A stretch of DNA of 64,000 nt, taken from contig NW_025765451.1 of NCBI RefSeq assembly GCF_003918875.1, forward strand, positions 1-64,000, written 5' to 3'. The notes beneath the pieces are model-generated. The model worked only from the letters and a program-made list of their open reading frames with translations, was not told the DNA's origin and searched no databases. This stretch comes from Haliotis rubra. Lineage: Eukaryota. Of the stretch, positions 37,737 through 50,914 are shown piece by piece; within the stretch, counting starts at the first letter, position 1, and every line of letters starts with the position of its first letter. A program made the position numbers and the translations under genes.

Positions 37737-38073
37737 GGGCAGCATTTTTATTTTTTTGTGTTTCTCATCGCCCGACCGACCCTTCTTATTTTATTGCCGA
37801 CCCCCCAACCCCCAAAAAACTTTTTTCTCATTCAAACACCGCCCACTCGAACCTAAATTGTACCGCCTCGTCATATAAACTGTTTATCTATCTAAAATGT
37901 CCAAAGTACGCGAGAAATTGTAATAAGAATTACAATCTATGAGAATCAAGAACATTATTCGGATAATTTGGTCTGTATTAAGTTTTGTTGTTGTTGTTTT
38001 CTCCCCCGACCGACCCACCGTGTACCCTTGTTCAGAATTTCGTGGCTACGTGAAACACACACAAATTATGCCC
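37737..38073. mobile_element. Probable MITE/non-autonomous DNA transposon
   Basis: Imperfect inverted ends gggcagcattt..tgtgtttc / gaaacaca..aattatgccc and internal ccgacc motifs; absent from paralogous blocks. Confidence 0.45.
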
Positions 38074-39206
38074 TATCCATATGCCCTGATGAAGTATGAT
38101 CTTAATCAATACAGCGGAAGACTGTATAAGAATCTATACCGAAATGTCGCCTTTGTGAAAATACAGAAGTTGATCATCCATAAAGTTTTTTACATCTCCA
38201 TTGCTTCACTGTCTCGTTGTCCCACAATTTACATCCTTCGTAAACACAGTTATAATGGCTTTCTGGTTGTGATCTTTACTGTTTTGTGTAATGTCAGGTT
38301 GTACAGTGCTTCGTAAACAGTAAACACTGCATGCGGAAGTGCTTGCTGTGAGCACTAAGTAACTTTCCACGTTTAACAGTTCAGATTTCACATAAAACGC
38401 CCAAGAGAAAAACAGAAAGAGCGTTTATGGTGTTTATTTAATGGCTAGTTTAAGTGATAAAAACTCAGGTAACAAAACAAGTTATCGCATGAATATGTTG
38501 TATATTTTTTCACCATAGACCTGTAAAATCGAATTAAAACGAGCATGTTAGTAAAGCTCATATGTGTCAAACAAAGCTGAGTACATTTCAAACCATAACT
38601 CGGTTCAATCCCTTCACTTCCGTCCAAAGACACGCAAACGACGACATTTCATTCACTACAAACATCATGGCGGCCTTGTCCTCAACACTAATAATGAATA
38701 ATCAACATTATTGAAGGATATGTGATGACGTCTTCACAAATCTGAAAATTGTTCTCCAGTTGCATGTGCTGCTCTGCAATTTGAAAATTATGAAACAAAT
38801 ACTATTTTCCAATATTAATGCAATTAGCACCAAGAGAAGGATTCTCCTCCGATTCATGATTTAGAAGACAATAATTATCGTAGGTAATTTGTCTACAAAA
38901 GCGAACTGAACCACATCAATGGGAAGGGGTCTCAAACAAGTATCTTTAAATCCATTTACACACTTGGAAAGTTTCAAAGTAAAAAGCAAAATCATGTTTT
39001 AGAAAGAAGAAATTACTGATTTTCCAAATACATGTACTTGTTGGTTCAGTTGAAATTCATATAAGCAAGTCACTTCGACCAGACGGAGTTCTCTCAAACC
39101 ATCAGAACATAGTGCAGTCCAATCGAATGTTTGTTTTGCAATGCTGGTTTTGTTGTATTACATGTGAGGGATGGTAAATAAGTTAATGAGACGAAACGAA
39201 AATAAT

Positions 39207-39430
39207 TTACTTTTCAACAAAATTCCCTTCCACTGAAATACATTTACGAACGATGTTGGAAGGAGTTCTATTGACGTCCTTCTCTTTGCTGTCTGAAAGG
39301 TTCACCATATCGACTATGACGTCATCGGGGGCATCAAAATGGACGTAGAACCCACCATCATAGATTTCTGGCTCACCTATGTACAACTTCTGCACTGTCA
39401 ATGGCGGTGTTTTTGACGACTTGGCCATCT
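39207..39430 (-). mobile_element. Mariner transposase 3' relic (paralogous copies about 7100-7400 +, 23085-23350 -, 46449-46682 -)
   Basis: HFD..DDVI...KCISVEGNFVEK-stop resembles the mariner C-terminus. Confidence 0.7.
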
Positions 39431-39554
39431 GTGTGCCCGATAATTGATTACATCAGCAATCAGTAGTTGATATTTATCAAATAGTTTCTTGCTAATTATT
39501 ATTCCACATTGCCAACATAAACATAAACTACACAAACCACAAAACAGCATGTGT

Positions 39555-40288
39555 TTACCCATGCCCTTTTTGTCAGCTAGAGAAGCTTTGACGGTGTACT
39601 TAAATTTTGAATTATTGACAGGTGGCTTTCAGATGCTATAACAGTCCTGCAGATATATTGAACTGGGCACTTAACTAAAAGGCGTCAACATAAAAGTATA
39701 CCAATGTCACTCCGCCAGTTAGTTAGTCTCTCCAATCATTAAAAGCAGTTATATTCCCCTCACAACTAATCATGGACGGAAGGAAAGCACTAGACCCTCT
39801 AACATACTCAAAGTAGCAGGTAAAGATGTGGAGTGTTTTCAATGAGTAGCTCTGTCAACAATTAAAGACTTGATTTTCTCGACGCTCGTTTTAATAGAGG
39901 ACTTGGGCCAAGAAATTGACAAATTAACATGACATTGATAAACTGTGATTTTCGATCCCCATCTTGACTCGGAGCACAAAAAAATCATTTACACGGATAA
40001 TAAAAGACAAATTTGCCTTGAGTGGCAGTAATCATCTTGTGTTAGCTGTCGATTTGGCGGAGAGAGCAGTGGAAACAGGCTATCAACTAGAGTTCCTACG
40101 TTGGTTAGGGAAAAACATCAAAAGCTACTTTTTATTCCTCATTCGAATAGCGGAATGTAAACAGCTCGCGGTTGTGACTTATCACCTTTTCTAAGATGTA
40201 ATCTGCCCCTAAATTACAACCCTGGTTTTGGAATAATGAATTAGAGTAACAATATGCAGGAGGCCTTTTCGTACGTAAATACAGAATG

Positions 40289-40320
<32 letters not shown>

Positions 40321-41420
40321 TTGGTGCGTGCGTGTGTGCGTGAGGAATAGTGTAGGCAGTGTTGTGGTGTGGGACATTTCAGTTTAGGCATTGGCGACTT
40401 CTGACGACTGTTACAATCCCAGTGCAAACAGACAAACAAAACCTATTCACATCTCTCCACATCACAACTCCACCAACCAGTAGCCGTCGTCGAGCACAGT
40501 AAGCACCTGCTTTCGAGAAAGAAAATATTCCTGTTCAATTAAACCAGTCCTACATAGACGTCTGTAATCCATGGTCCCCTCAACAGAGATGCTGAGCTGT
40601 CCCGAGAGCTTCTGTTCGAAGAGTCAGTTTAGCGCTGCCTATTGCCCTTGTGACCGACCTCCCCAAAGTTGAACGGACTAAAAAGCCCACCTGAGACCTT
40701 CCTGCATCATGGTGAAATAGTCAGAAGGGATGATTGCATCATCTCGAGCGCGGACCATCCAGAAAGGAACACAGATGATTATTGGTTTGTGGCTCTTGAT
40801 TGAAGGTTTCAGCAGTTAAGATAGATTATCATGTAATGAAAAGCAGAAACAAATTATTAGTATTTAATTTTTAGGTGTTTTTTTCTTTTGTGAGTGATAG
40901 TGATAAAATATATGCTGCATTGTCTGTCAATGCCATTTATTTAGAAACGGCCAAACGTCGAATGAACTCCCCAGCAGCTCGTAACTAGATAATTGTCCTG
41001 TATTTACAGTAAATTGACGTCCTCTTGACTTTTGAATTCCAGACAAAGCAAAAAAAACCAGAGGAGATGTTTCGTGCCGGAGACAGTCCCCTGGATCAGG
41101 CACTGTCGAGCCAGCTGACAACAGCAGCAAGACACAGGAGGTCTTTTAGTTATCTTCGTTATCGTGTGGATTCCGGTACAAAAGTTTCAAGGTCAGCAGA
41201 CATGAGTGCACTGTCGCCATTACGGCGTTGTATTGGCAGTTGTGGAAGGGGCATCTTTATTGTTCCTGTATAACCGGTCATATTCATGCGCATGGTAGAG
41301 TTAAATAGTTGATGGCCCTGCGCCGAAAAATGTTTGAGTTTTTCCTGTCATCACATAGGTATTAAGCAGATTAAAGAAGGATTGGTCGAGTCAGTATGCT
41401 CTGTCGAAGCCAGCACATTG
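39555..41420 (+). pseudogene. Mab-21/cGAS-like receptor pseudogene, paralog type X (best-read copy)
   Basis: Colinear motifs read across frames: DID (39931), ETGYQLE, VIHGP (40564-40578), LALP..(tga=W)P (40651), EIVRRDDCII..DHPERNTDDYW (to 40785), YLET...E(tga)TPQQL, CFVPE and KEGLVES. Confidence 0.6.
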
Positions 41421-41483
41421 TCGCACAGCATCTATATTTCTGGACAGTGTAGTAATAAGAACATATTTCCAAAGGTTGTGTTC

Positions 41484-42125
41484 AGACAGACAATACTTTA
41501 TTACCTTTAAAAGGAATTCGTTTTGGTTCACAGAACTCGACAAAAATACAAACGAATAACAACATAAAATATGACATTGATAAAAACATAATTAGATATA
41601 AATATGTGCTCAAATAGAAATAAATGAATAAGATGAAAACTGGACATTCAACATTTGTTTATAATTGCAATACTTTGAGGTGCAAAAGAAGTTCGAGATC
41701 GTTTAGTCTTGGTGATTGGCACTGTATAGCGGCGGCCCGAAGGTAAAAGCTTATACTTTAGATTTAAAAAATATGTTGTGTCATTAATGATTTTTACAGT
41801 CGTTGAAAGTACTTGTCGCTCACAGAGAAGTGAAAGATTATCAAAAGTGACCCCGGCTATTTTACTAGCCTTATTTACAATTTTGTTAAGTTTGGATTTG
41901 TTTTTGACTGAAAGAGACTCGAACAAGCACTGAGAAGGAAAAGTGAGTTTACTCTGAATAAAAGTGGTATAAACAACATCCTAACAGATTGGGAAACATT
42001 AAAAGATCGCAGTTTGCGCATTAGATGGAAGCGTTGTTGACATTTACTGCACAGGGCATCTGTGTTGGTGTTCCACGTTAACCTGCTATCAATAAAAGTT
42101 CCAAGGTACTTGTACTCAGTGACTG
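41484..42125 (-). mobile_element. 5'-truncated Rex1/Babar-type (CR1/L2 group) LINE fragment
   Basis: KIVNKASKI...LLPSGRRYTVP..KTKRSRTSF C-terminal motif and an AT-rich 3' UTR with aataaag. Confidence 0.8.
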
Positions 42126-42129
42126 TCTC

Positions 42130-43930
42130 AATTGGTTCCTCTTGATACCAAAGTTGACATCCTCACATCCTACCCCTTTACGAGTATCACTTCTAAAAGC
42201 CATTGAGAGATTATGTTTAATCAGACATCTGCGGTAGTAGATCAGTACTGACATGAACAGCAAGGACGAGTGACGTCATCAAGAAAATAATGTGTCTCCG
42301 GAGGCTGTTACACTGCAATAGAAGGATGCCTAATCTACCTCAACTTTCTGCGCATTAAGCATGTTGAACCCTGAACAAACATATAATTACAGAATGAGTT
42401 ATGAGACGCAATTTGACACCTGAAGCATTTCCAGTGAAATTAGTTGGACAGAACTGCTGAACACTATACCGAGCCAAGTGAAAGCCACTGATGTTTATAT
42501 TGCTGCTGCAAAGCTTCCGTTGATGATGTGGACATGGTTTATCACACACCGAGTTAATCAGTTAGATGTTAGCCATCCTTCAATGTCAGAACTGAAAGAA
42601 CTCTAGAACTATTCACACTACCGATATCTTCCAGGAACCTTTCATGAACATTGGGAAAAACATATCTGTGATCAATATTGAATGGTTTCTGAGTTGTTAT
42701 CTGTAAACGAATTCATTCCAAACATTCAAATTTGCTGCTGAAGGGTTCATCTTTTGTGTGGTGTACTTACCGCGTCGTGGCCTGAGCAGACGACACTCTA
42801 TCAGCCGTATCCTGGTGACACATTAAGATTTTAATTTTGTTCTAGTTTGTTTTTTCGCCTGTTTCATCTCCATTTGGGTATTGGAACATAAGAGGTCTAA
42901 AATGTGCACCATATAGTCAACATGGGCCCTGAGTGAGTGAGTGTGTGAGTGCTGTTTATCGCTGCTTCCTTCCATCGAGTCTTGTCAACAGCATGGACCA
43001 TGGACCACGCATCTACCATTTACGCACTTAAAGCGATGTTCACACTTATCCACGCACATCTGAAATCCATTCGTGATACGATGGCTCTAAGGGGGGGGAG
43101 TCAGAGAAATACTTTTAGTGAAAACAAATAATCCTGATACAACAAGACAGTCTCTTGTGCCAATTATGGATATATGTGTACATGTAAGAGCACAACATAC
43201 ACATGGTCAGCAGCTAAATATAAACGTCCCTCGAGACTTCAACCGAGAAAACGTAATGAACTGTTCTTCGAAAAGCACTCTCCCGTGACATCTTTGCTTT
43301 TCCTCAAGCTAAGCTCCGTATTTAGGTAGGTACTCTGGACTGGTTCTGTGGTTCCACTCCCCCGACTTCGCAGATCAATGTGAAGCCCGTGGGTGAAGCT
43401 CGACCATTCTGACATTGATTATTATATACAGTTCCTTCTCACACCAATCTGCTGACAAACAGAATGCCGGAAATGAAAGACTGGCACGTACGGCACGTTT
43501 CTGTTTTACAAAAATAGATAAAAAACACCTACACGAATCAACATCAATCATTTTTGTGTCACGTGCATCTGTGTGACCCAATGACAGTGTGTTACATGCC
43601 TCTGAAAGTGATAAATGAAGAAGGTTTCAAGGGAATTGGTAGATAAAACACGTATGGTATTAGGAAATGTGTAAAATATAAATTTTATGTTCGTTACTAC
43701 CAAAGAAATTACATAAGTTTATTATCGGATTAAATCTGTTTGTGTCTCATTATTCGATTGCCGTTTTGTATCATTATCCCTGACACGGGAATCATTCTCA
43801 AATAACCTAATCACCAGGTAAAGCGAGCGTGGAGATAAGCGCTTTCCCGATCCAGCTGACGTATGAACACTGCAATCGTTTTCATTCTGCCATTCAATCA
43901 GGAACGTTATACAACGGCTGACTCTCATAG
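42130..43930 (+). pseudogene. Mab-21/cGAS-like receptor pseudogene, paralog type Y
   Basis: PVKLVG/RTAEHYTEP (42431-42476, 1-nt indel), then DDVDMVY (42522-42542), QHGP (42918-42929), an NLL-like segment near 43445 and a helical tail segment at 43590-43900. Confidence 0.55.
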
Positions 43931-46864
43931 AAGAGTAAGTGAGTTAGTATTAATACTTAACGGCAATATTGTGACGAGAACACATTTCATATGCTAAGGA
44001 ATACATGTATGTAATAAAACTTGTCAATGGTCAGTAGAGTGTGTTAGTGAGTGAGTTACGTTTTACGCCGCTTTGAGCAACATTCCAGCAATATCACGGC
44101 GGGCAATGGACAGTAGAACAACTAAAGTATCACACTTAGAATTAAAACTAGCATCTAAGGTTATGGTAATAGCCCTAATCGAAAAATACACAATATGAAA
44201 ACAGGCTATAGTTAGCTCACCTGAAGGTAAGAGCCCCACACTAGGAACCATGGGGACTGACAGTACTTTCATGGACGCTTACGACAGGATAATGTGCCAT
44301 GATATTGATATGTCTGAAAAGATGTTATCTTAATCTACGGCTGCTTCATTGTTGTTGTGCAATATTTGCCTGAAAGAAAACGGTTGGTTTATGAGGCTGG
44401 GTGGGGTGAGAATATTTCGCTCAAATGACAACGTGTATGCGTGTGTATGTGTGGCTGCTTGTACTAGCTAGTTTTATAGTGCTAGCTCACTGAGATACCA
44501 GGCAGCATTTTAGCATGAATACCCCACTCAGACACATTATACTGACTCCAAGCAGACCAGTCCTCGCTGTACCCATTAATGCCGAGCGCCAGGCAGGGTC
44601 CAACAAGTACCATATTTTGGTATGATGCGGCCGGGGATCGAACCCGCGACGTTCGCTCTCCGGGCCGACGCTCCAACCACTAATGAACCGTTTATACCCT
44701 TTGAAGCACAAGACATGACATACTATAAAAATGGTAACTTCGGACGCAGTTCAGATAAAGAATAGTACTGCCTTGATCACTTATCCTAATAATGTTGAAT
44801 TACAAGTGCTATTCACAATGTCCAGCATTTCGTAATTCAATAGAATGAAATAGTTTTCAAAAACGTTCCAAGGTTTGAATCTTGACATTAAATCAACCGT
44901 ACGAAAATAATCTTTCATATGGTCTGGTTTACAGCATTCACAGCCTTGCTAAAGATTTTAAAAAATACACAGTAGACGTGTAGACTATATTTCAGATTTG
45001 AATGGTGAATATTATATATTTTGACTTGCACCTGTTTGGTCAGGTGAACACATCACATTCTACCGGACCCAACTGATTCAGATAATGATCACATAACACA
45101 TAGGTCAATTCCGCAACTCGGCTTCAAGCGTCTTAGTATTGCTACTGACCCGTTGGCCACGTAATCACAGGCTACATCTCTGTTTGGGACAATACCAACC
45201 TTCGTCAGTGAACAGCCTGCTGTCAACTAGAATAGCAACTTTGAAAATATTTAATTCTGTCTAAGCATACGCCAAAATAGACGAGAAAGACAACCTTGTG
45301 AATTGACAACCGGACCAAAATGTATGTGTAAAGAGTATCAATATTCTAAGTGCCTTGAGAACTATTGCAATAATAGATTCTAACATGGCTGAAAGTCTAG
45401 ATACAGCCTAATCCATTAATCAAACAGGGAACAGATGATCTAAACACAAAATGCAATGCTTCACGGTCTCGTTGTCCCACAATTTACATCCTTCGTAAAC
45501 ACAGTTATAATGGCTTTCTGGTTGTGTTCTTTACCGTTATGTGTAATGTCAGGTTGTAAAGCGCTTCATAAAAAGTAAACACTGCATGCGGAAGTGCTTG
45601 CTGTGAGCATTAAGTAACTTTCCGCGTTTAACAGTTGAGATTTTACATAAAACACACAAGAGAAGAACAGAAAGAGCGTTTATGGTGTTTATTTAATGGC
45701 TAGTTTAAGTGATAAAAACTCAGGTAACAAAACAAGTTATCGTATAAATATGTTGTCGATTGTTTCACCATCGACCTGTAAAATCGAATTAAAACGAGCA
45801 TGTGAGTAAAGCTGACATGTGTCAAACAAAGCTAAGTACATTTCAAACCATAACTCGGTTCCCTCCCCAACGACACGCAAACGACGACATTCCATTCACT
45901 AGAAACATCATGGCGACCTTGTCCTCAACACATATCATGTATAATCAACATTACTGAAGGATATGTGATGACGTCTTGACAAATCTGGAAATCGTTCCCC
46001 AGTTGCACGTGGTGCTCCGTAATTTGAAAATTATGAAACAAATACTATTTTCCATTATAATTGCAATTAGGAGCAAGAGAAGGATTCTCGTCGGATTCAT
46101 GATTTAGAAAACGGTAATTATCGTAAGTAATTTGTCTACAAAAGCGAACTGAACCACATCAATGGGGAGGGGTCTCAATCAAATAGCTTTAAATAAATTT
46201 ACACGCTTCGAAAGTTTCAGTGTAAAAGCAAAATCATGTTTTAGAAAGAAGAAATTACTGATTTTCCAAATACATGTACTTGTTGGTTCAGTTGAAGTTC
46301 ATATAAGCGAGTCACTTCGACCAGACGGAGTTCTCTCAAACCATCAGAACATAGTGCAGTCTAATGGAATGTTTGTTTTGCAATGCTGGTTTTCTTGTAT
46401 TACATGTGAGGGATGGTAAATAAGCTAATGAGACGAAACAAAAATAATTTACTTTTCAACAAAATTCCCTTCCACTGAAATACATTTACGAACGATGTTG
46501 GAAGGAGTTCTATTGACGTCCTTCTCTTTGCTGTCTGAAAGGTTCACCACATCGGCTATGACGTCATCGGGGGCATCAAAATGGACGTAGAACCCACCAT
46601 CATAGATTTCTGGCTCACCTAAGTACAACTTCTGCACTGTCAATGGCGGTGTTTTTGACGACTTGGCCATCTGTGTGCCCAATAATTGATAACATCAGCA
46701 ATCAGGTTAAATAGTGCTGTTATTTTCCAGTTATTTAAATACAGGTGATAAATAACACCCAAGGTAATGATATAGTTGATATTTATCAAATAGTTTCTTC
46801 CTAATTACTATTCCACATTGCCAACATAAACATAAACTACACAAACCACAAAACAGCATGTGTT

Positions 46865-48690
46865 TACCGATGCCCTTTTTGTCAGCTAGAGAAGCTTTGA
46901 CGGTGTACTTAAATCTTGAATTATTGACAGATGCTATAACAGTCCTGCAGATATATCAACAGGGCACGTAACTAAAAGGCGTCAACATAAAAGTATACCT
47001 ATGTCACTCCGCCAGTTAGTTAGTCTCTCCAATCGTTAAAAGCAGTTATATTCCCCACACGACTAATCATGGACAGAAGGAAAGCACTAGACCCTCTAAC
47101 GTACTCAAAATAGCAGGTAAAGATGTGGAGTGTTTTCAATATGAGCTCTGTCAACAATTAAAGACTTGATTTTCTCGACGCTCTTTCTTGGGCCAAGAAA
47201 TTGACAAATTAACTTGACATTGATAAACTGTTTTTCGATGCCCATCTTGACTCGGAGCACAAAAAATCATTTACAAGGGCAATAAAAGACAAATTTGCCT
47301 TGAGTGGCAGTAATCATCTTGTGTTGACTGTAGATTTGGCGGACGGAGCAGTGGAAACAGGCTATCAACTAGAGTTCCTACGTAGGTTAGGAGAAAACAT
47401 CAAAAGCTACTTTTTATTCCTCATTCGAATAGCGGAATGTAAACAGCTCGCGGTTGTGAGTTATCGCCTTTTCTAAGATGTAATCTGCCCCTAAATTACA
47501 ACCCTGGTTTTGGAATAATGTATTACAGTAACAATATGCAGGAGGCCTTTCTGTATGTAAATACAGTGTGCGTGCGTGCGTGCGTGCGCGCGACTTTATC
47601 CTGTCGACTAGTGTAGGCAGTGTTGTAGTGTGGGACATTTCAGTTTAGGCATTGACGACTTCTGACGACTGTTACAATCCCAGTGCAAACAGACAAACAA
47701 AACCTATTCACATATCTCCACATCACATCTCCACCAACCAGTAGCCGTCGTCGAGCACAGTAAGCACCTGCTTTCGAGAAAGAAAATATTCCTGTTCATT
47801 TAAACCAGTCCTACATAGACGTCTGTAATCCGTGGTCCCCTCAACAGACATGCTGAGCTGTCCCGAGAGCTTCTGTTCGAAAGAGTCAATTTAGCGCTGT
47901 CTATTGCCCTTGTGACCGACCTCCCCAAAGTTGAACGGACTAAAAAGCCCACCTGAGACCTTCCTGCATCATGGTGAAATAGTCAGAAGGGATGATTGCA
48001 TCATCTCGAGCGCGGACCATCCAGAAAGGAACACAGATGATTATTGGTTTGTGGCTCTTGATTGAAGCATTGAGTGGTTAAGATAGATTATCACATAATG
48101 AAAAGCAGAAAAAAATTATAGGTATAAAATTTTTAAGTGTTTTTTTTCTGTGTGAGTGATAGTGATAAAATATATACTCCATTGTCTGTCAATGCCATTT
48201 ATTTAGAAACGCCCAAACGACGAATGAACTCCCCAGCAGCTTGTAACAAGATAATTGTCCTGTATTTACAGTAAATTGACGTCCTCTTGACTTTTGAATT
48301 CCAGACAAAGCAAAAAAAAACAGAGGAGATGTTTCGTGCCGGAGACAGTCCCCTGGATCAGACACCGTCAGGCCAGCTGACAACAGCAGCAAGACACAGG
48401 AGGTCTTTTAGTTATCTTCGTTATCGTGTGGATTCCGGTACTAAAGGTTCAAGGTCAGCAGACATGAGCGCACGGTTGCCATTACGGCGTCGTATTGGCA
48501 GTTGTGGAAGGGGCATCTTTATTGTTCCTGTATAACCGGTCATATTCATGCATATGGTAGAGTTAAATAGTTGATTGCCCCGCGCCGAAAAATGTTTGAG
48601 TTTTTCCTGCCATCACATAGGTATTAAGCAGATTAAAGAAGGATTGGTCGAGTCAGTATGCTCTGTCGAAGCTAACACATTGTCGCACAG
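46865..48690 (+). pseudogene. cGLR-like pseudogene, type X copy
   Basis: Close duplicate of 39555-41420. Confidence 0.58.
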
Positions 48691-48727
48691 CATCTATGTT
48701 TCTGGACAGTGAAGGAATAAGAACATA

Positions 48728-50228
48728 AACTCATGGGCCAAATAAAGTATAGGACTGGAAAAATTATTTTTTCACTGTCATTGACATTGTTATGAGAATT
48801 TAACATGCTGGCAATGTTGGCCCCACTACTGGGAAGGGAAATACACCGCCAAAACGCAACACGTTCGAACGGTGAGAGTGAAGACGTCACAAATGTGGAA
48901 AGCATGTTCCATGCCCCTTGCACATAATGCACGTGCAAGGTTTCGGTATAAATGCGATACACTGGTCCCATCACAGCTGCTGAAAACACATGAAAAGTAT
49001 GCCACGACTGACGCCAGAACAGAGAGAGAGAGGGCCATAGGGATGTCCGATATGGGAGCGACGAACGTCAGAATTGCAAGAAGATGTGGTTGTACGCCAC
49101 TGACGATAGCAAGACTCCTCCAACGATTCAGACAGACAGGTCGAACACAGGACAAACCGAGGAGTGGACGTCCACGTGTAACCAGCGCACGTGAAGATCA
49201 CCATACACGCCTGATACACCTCCGAAATCGATTTGTTATGGCAAAGTCAATGGCCGAAACAACGTTGGGACGTCGCATCAGTCGAAGGACTGTCCTCAGA
49301 CGTTTGAGAGCAGGTGGAATACGTTGCTATCGACCATTCCGTGGAATGAGACTAACACAACAACATCGACTTGAAAGACTGCAATGGGCAAGACGAGTAT
49401 ACTGCTGGCAAGTGCGTGACTGGCGTAGGGTCCTCTTCACCGATGAAAGTCGGTTTTGTCTGCACAAAAATGACGGCCGACAGAGAGTTTACAGGCGATG
49501 GCGTGAACGTTTTGCAGCAGCATGCATTCAAGAAGTCCATGCCTATGGTGGAGGTGGTGTGATGGTATGGGGTGGCATTATTGGCGACCAAACGACACCC
49601 TTGGTCGTTATTCAGGGGAATCTCAATGCTAACGTGTACCGAAATCAAGTCTTGCAGCCTGTTGTCTTACCTTTCTTGAACAATCAACCAGCAACTCCCC
49701 ATACAGCAATAGCGACGAGAAACTTTCTTAATCAAAATAACGTTAATGTTCTACCCTGGCCTTCCCGATCACCAGATATGAATCCGATCGAGCATTTGTG
49801 GGATCATTTGGGAAGATAAATTTGTGGTCGTCATCACCCTCCACAGACAAGACAAGAGTTGGAAGTGGCACTGAGGGACGAATGGCAGCGACTGCCAAAT
49901 GACGTCATCCGATGCGACGTGCACGAGCGTGCATCGAGGCTGCTGGCGGACACACACGCTACTGACGTTGTGATCGTTCTGGAACAAACTTTTCTGTCTT
50001 TTGTGTGCGCAATTCGTCAAAGGAATATCATTGTAACTTTGGTATTTACCCCCTGACTGTTTGAATGTCAATGTCACCTTTCAGTTCTTTCAACCAGGTA
50101 ATGATTTGTACACACAGCAAGTGCAAATCACTTTGCTACAAAATTACATCTATTACATAATCCAAATCTTGTGTTGTTCTGTTTTTCTGATCTTCAAAAT
50201 GACCTATACTTTCTTTTGCCCATGAGTT
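48728..50228 (+). mobile_element. Tc1-family transposon, second family, defective
   Basis: Imperfect 26-bp TIRs aactcatgggccaaataaagtatagg / cctatactttcttttgcccatgagtt with TA on both sides. Empty site agaacatatttccaaagg near 41458-41475. Confidence 0.94.
48999..49965 (+). pseudogene. Tc1 transposase pseudogene
   Basis: MPRLT start, frameshift in an (AG)n run, LFTDESRF and SPDMNPIEHLW present. The QQDN segment carrying the second catalytic D is deleted; premature stop at 49819; ends GGHTRY-stop. Confidence 0.92.
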
Positions 50229-50244
50229 TATTTTCAAAGGTTGT

Positions 50245-50905
50245 GTTCAGACAGACAGACAGATAGACAATACTTTATTACCTTTAAAAGGAATTCGTTT
50301 TGGTTTTCAGAGCTCGACAAAAATACGAATGAATAACAACATAAAATATGACATTGCTAAAACATAAAAAAGATATAAATATGTGCTCAAATAGAAATAA
50401 GTGAATAAGATGAAAACTGGACATTCAACATTTGTTTAAATTGCAATACTTTGAGGTACAAAAGACGATCGAGCTCGTTTAGTCTTGGTGATTGGTACTG
50501 TATAGCGGCGGCCCGAAGGTAAAAGCTTATACTTTAGATTTAAAAAATGTGTTGAGTCATTAATGATTTTTCAGTCGTTGAAAGTACTTGCCGCTCACAG
50601 AGAAGTGAAAGATTATCGAAAGTGACCCTGGCTATTTTACTAGCTGTATTTACAATTTTGTTAAGTTTGGATTTGTTTTTGACTGAAAGAGACTCGAACA
50701 AGCACTGAGAAGAAAAAGTGAGTTTACTCTGAATAAAAGTGGTATAAAACAACATCATAACAGATTAGGAAACATTAAAAGATCGCAGTCTGCGCATTAG
50801 ATGGAAGCGTTGTTGACATTTACTGCACAGGGCATCTGTGTTGGTGTTCCTCGTTAACCTGCTATCAATAAAAGTTCCAAGGTACTTGTACTCAGTGACT
50901 GTCAC
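50245..50905 (-). mobile_element. Duplicate of the Rex1/Babar fragment
   Basis: Near-identical to 41484-42125 at the equivalent position of the duplicated block. Confidence 0.8.
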
Positions 50906-50914
50906 AATTGGTTC

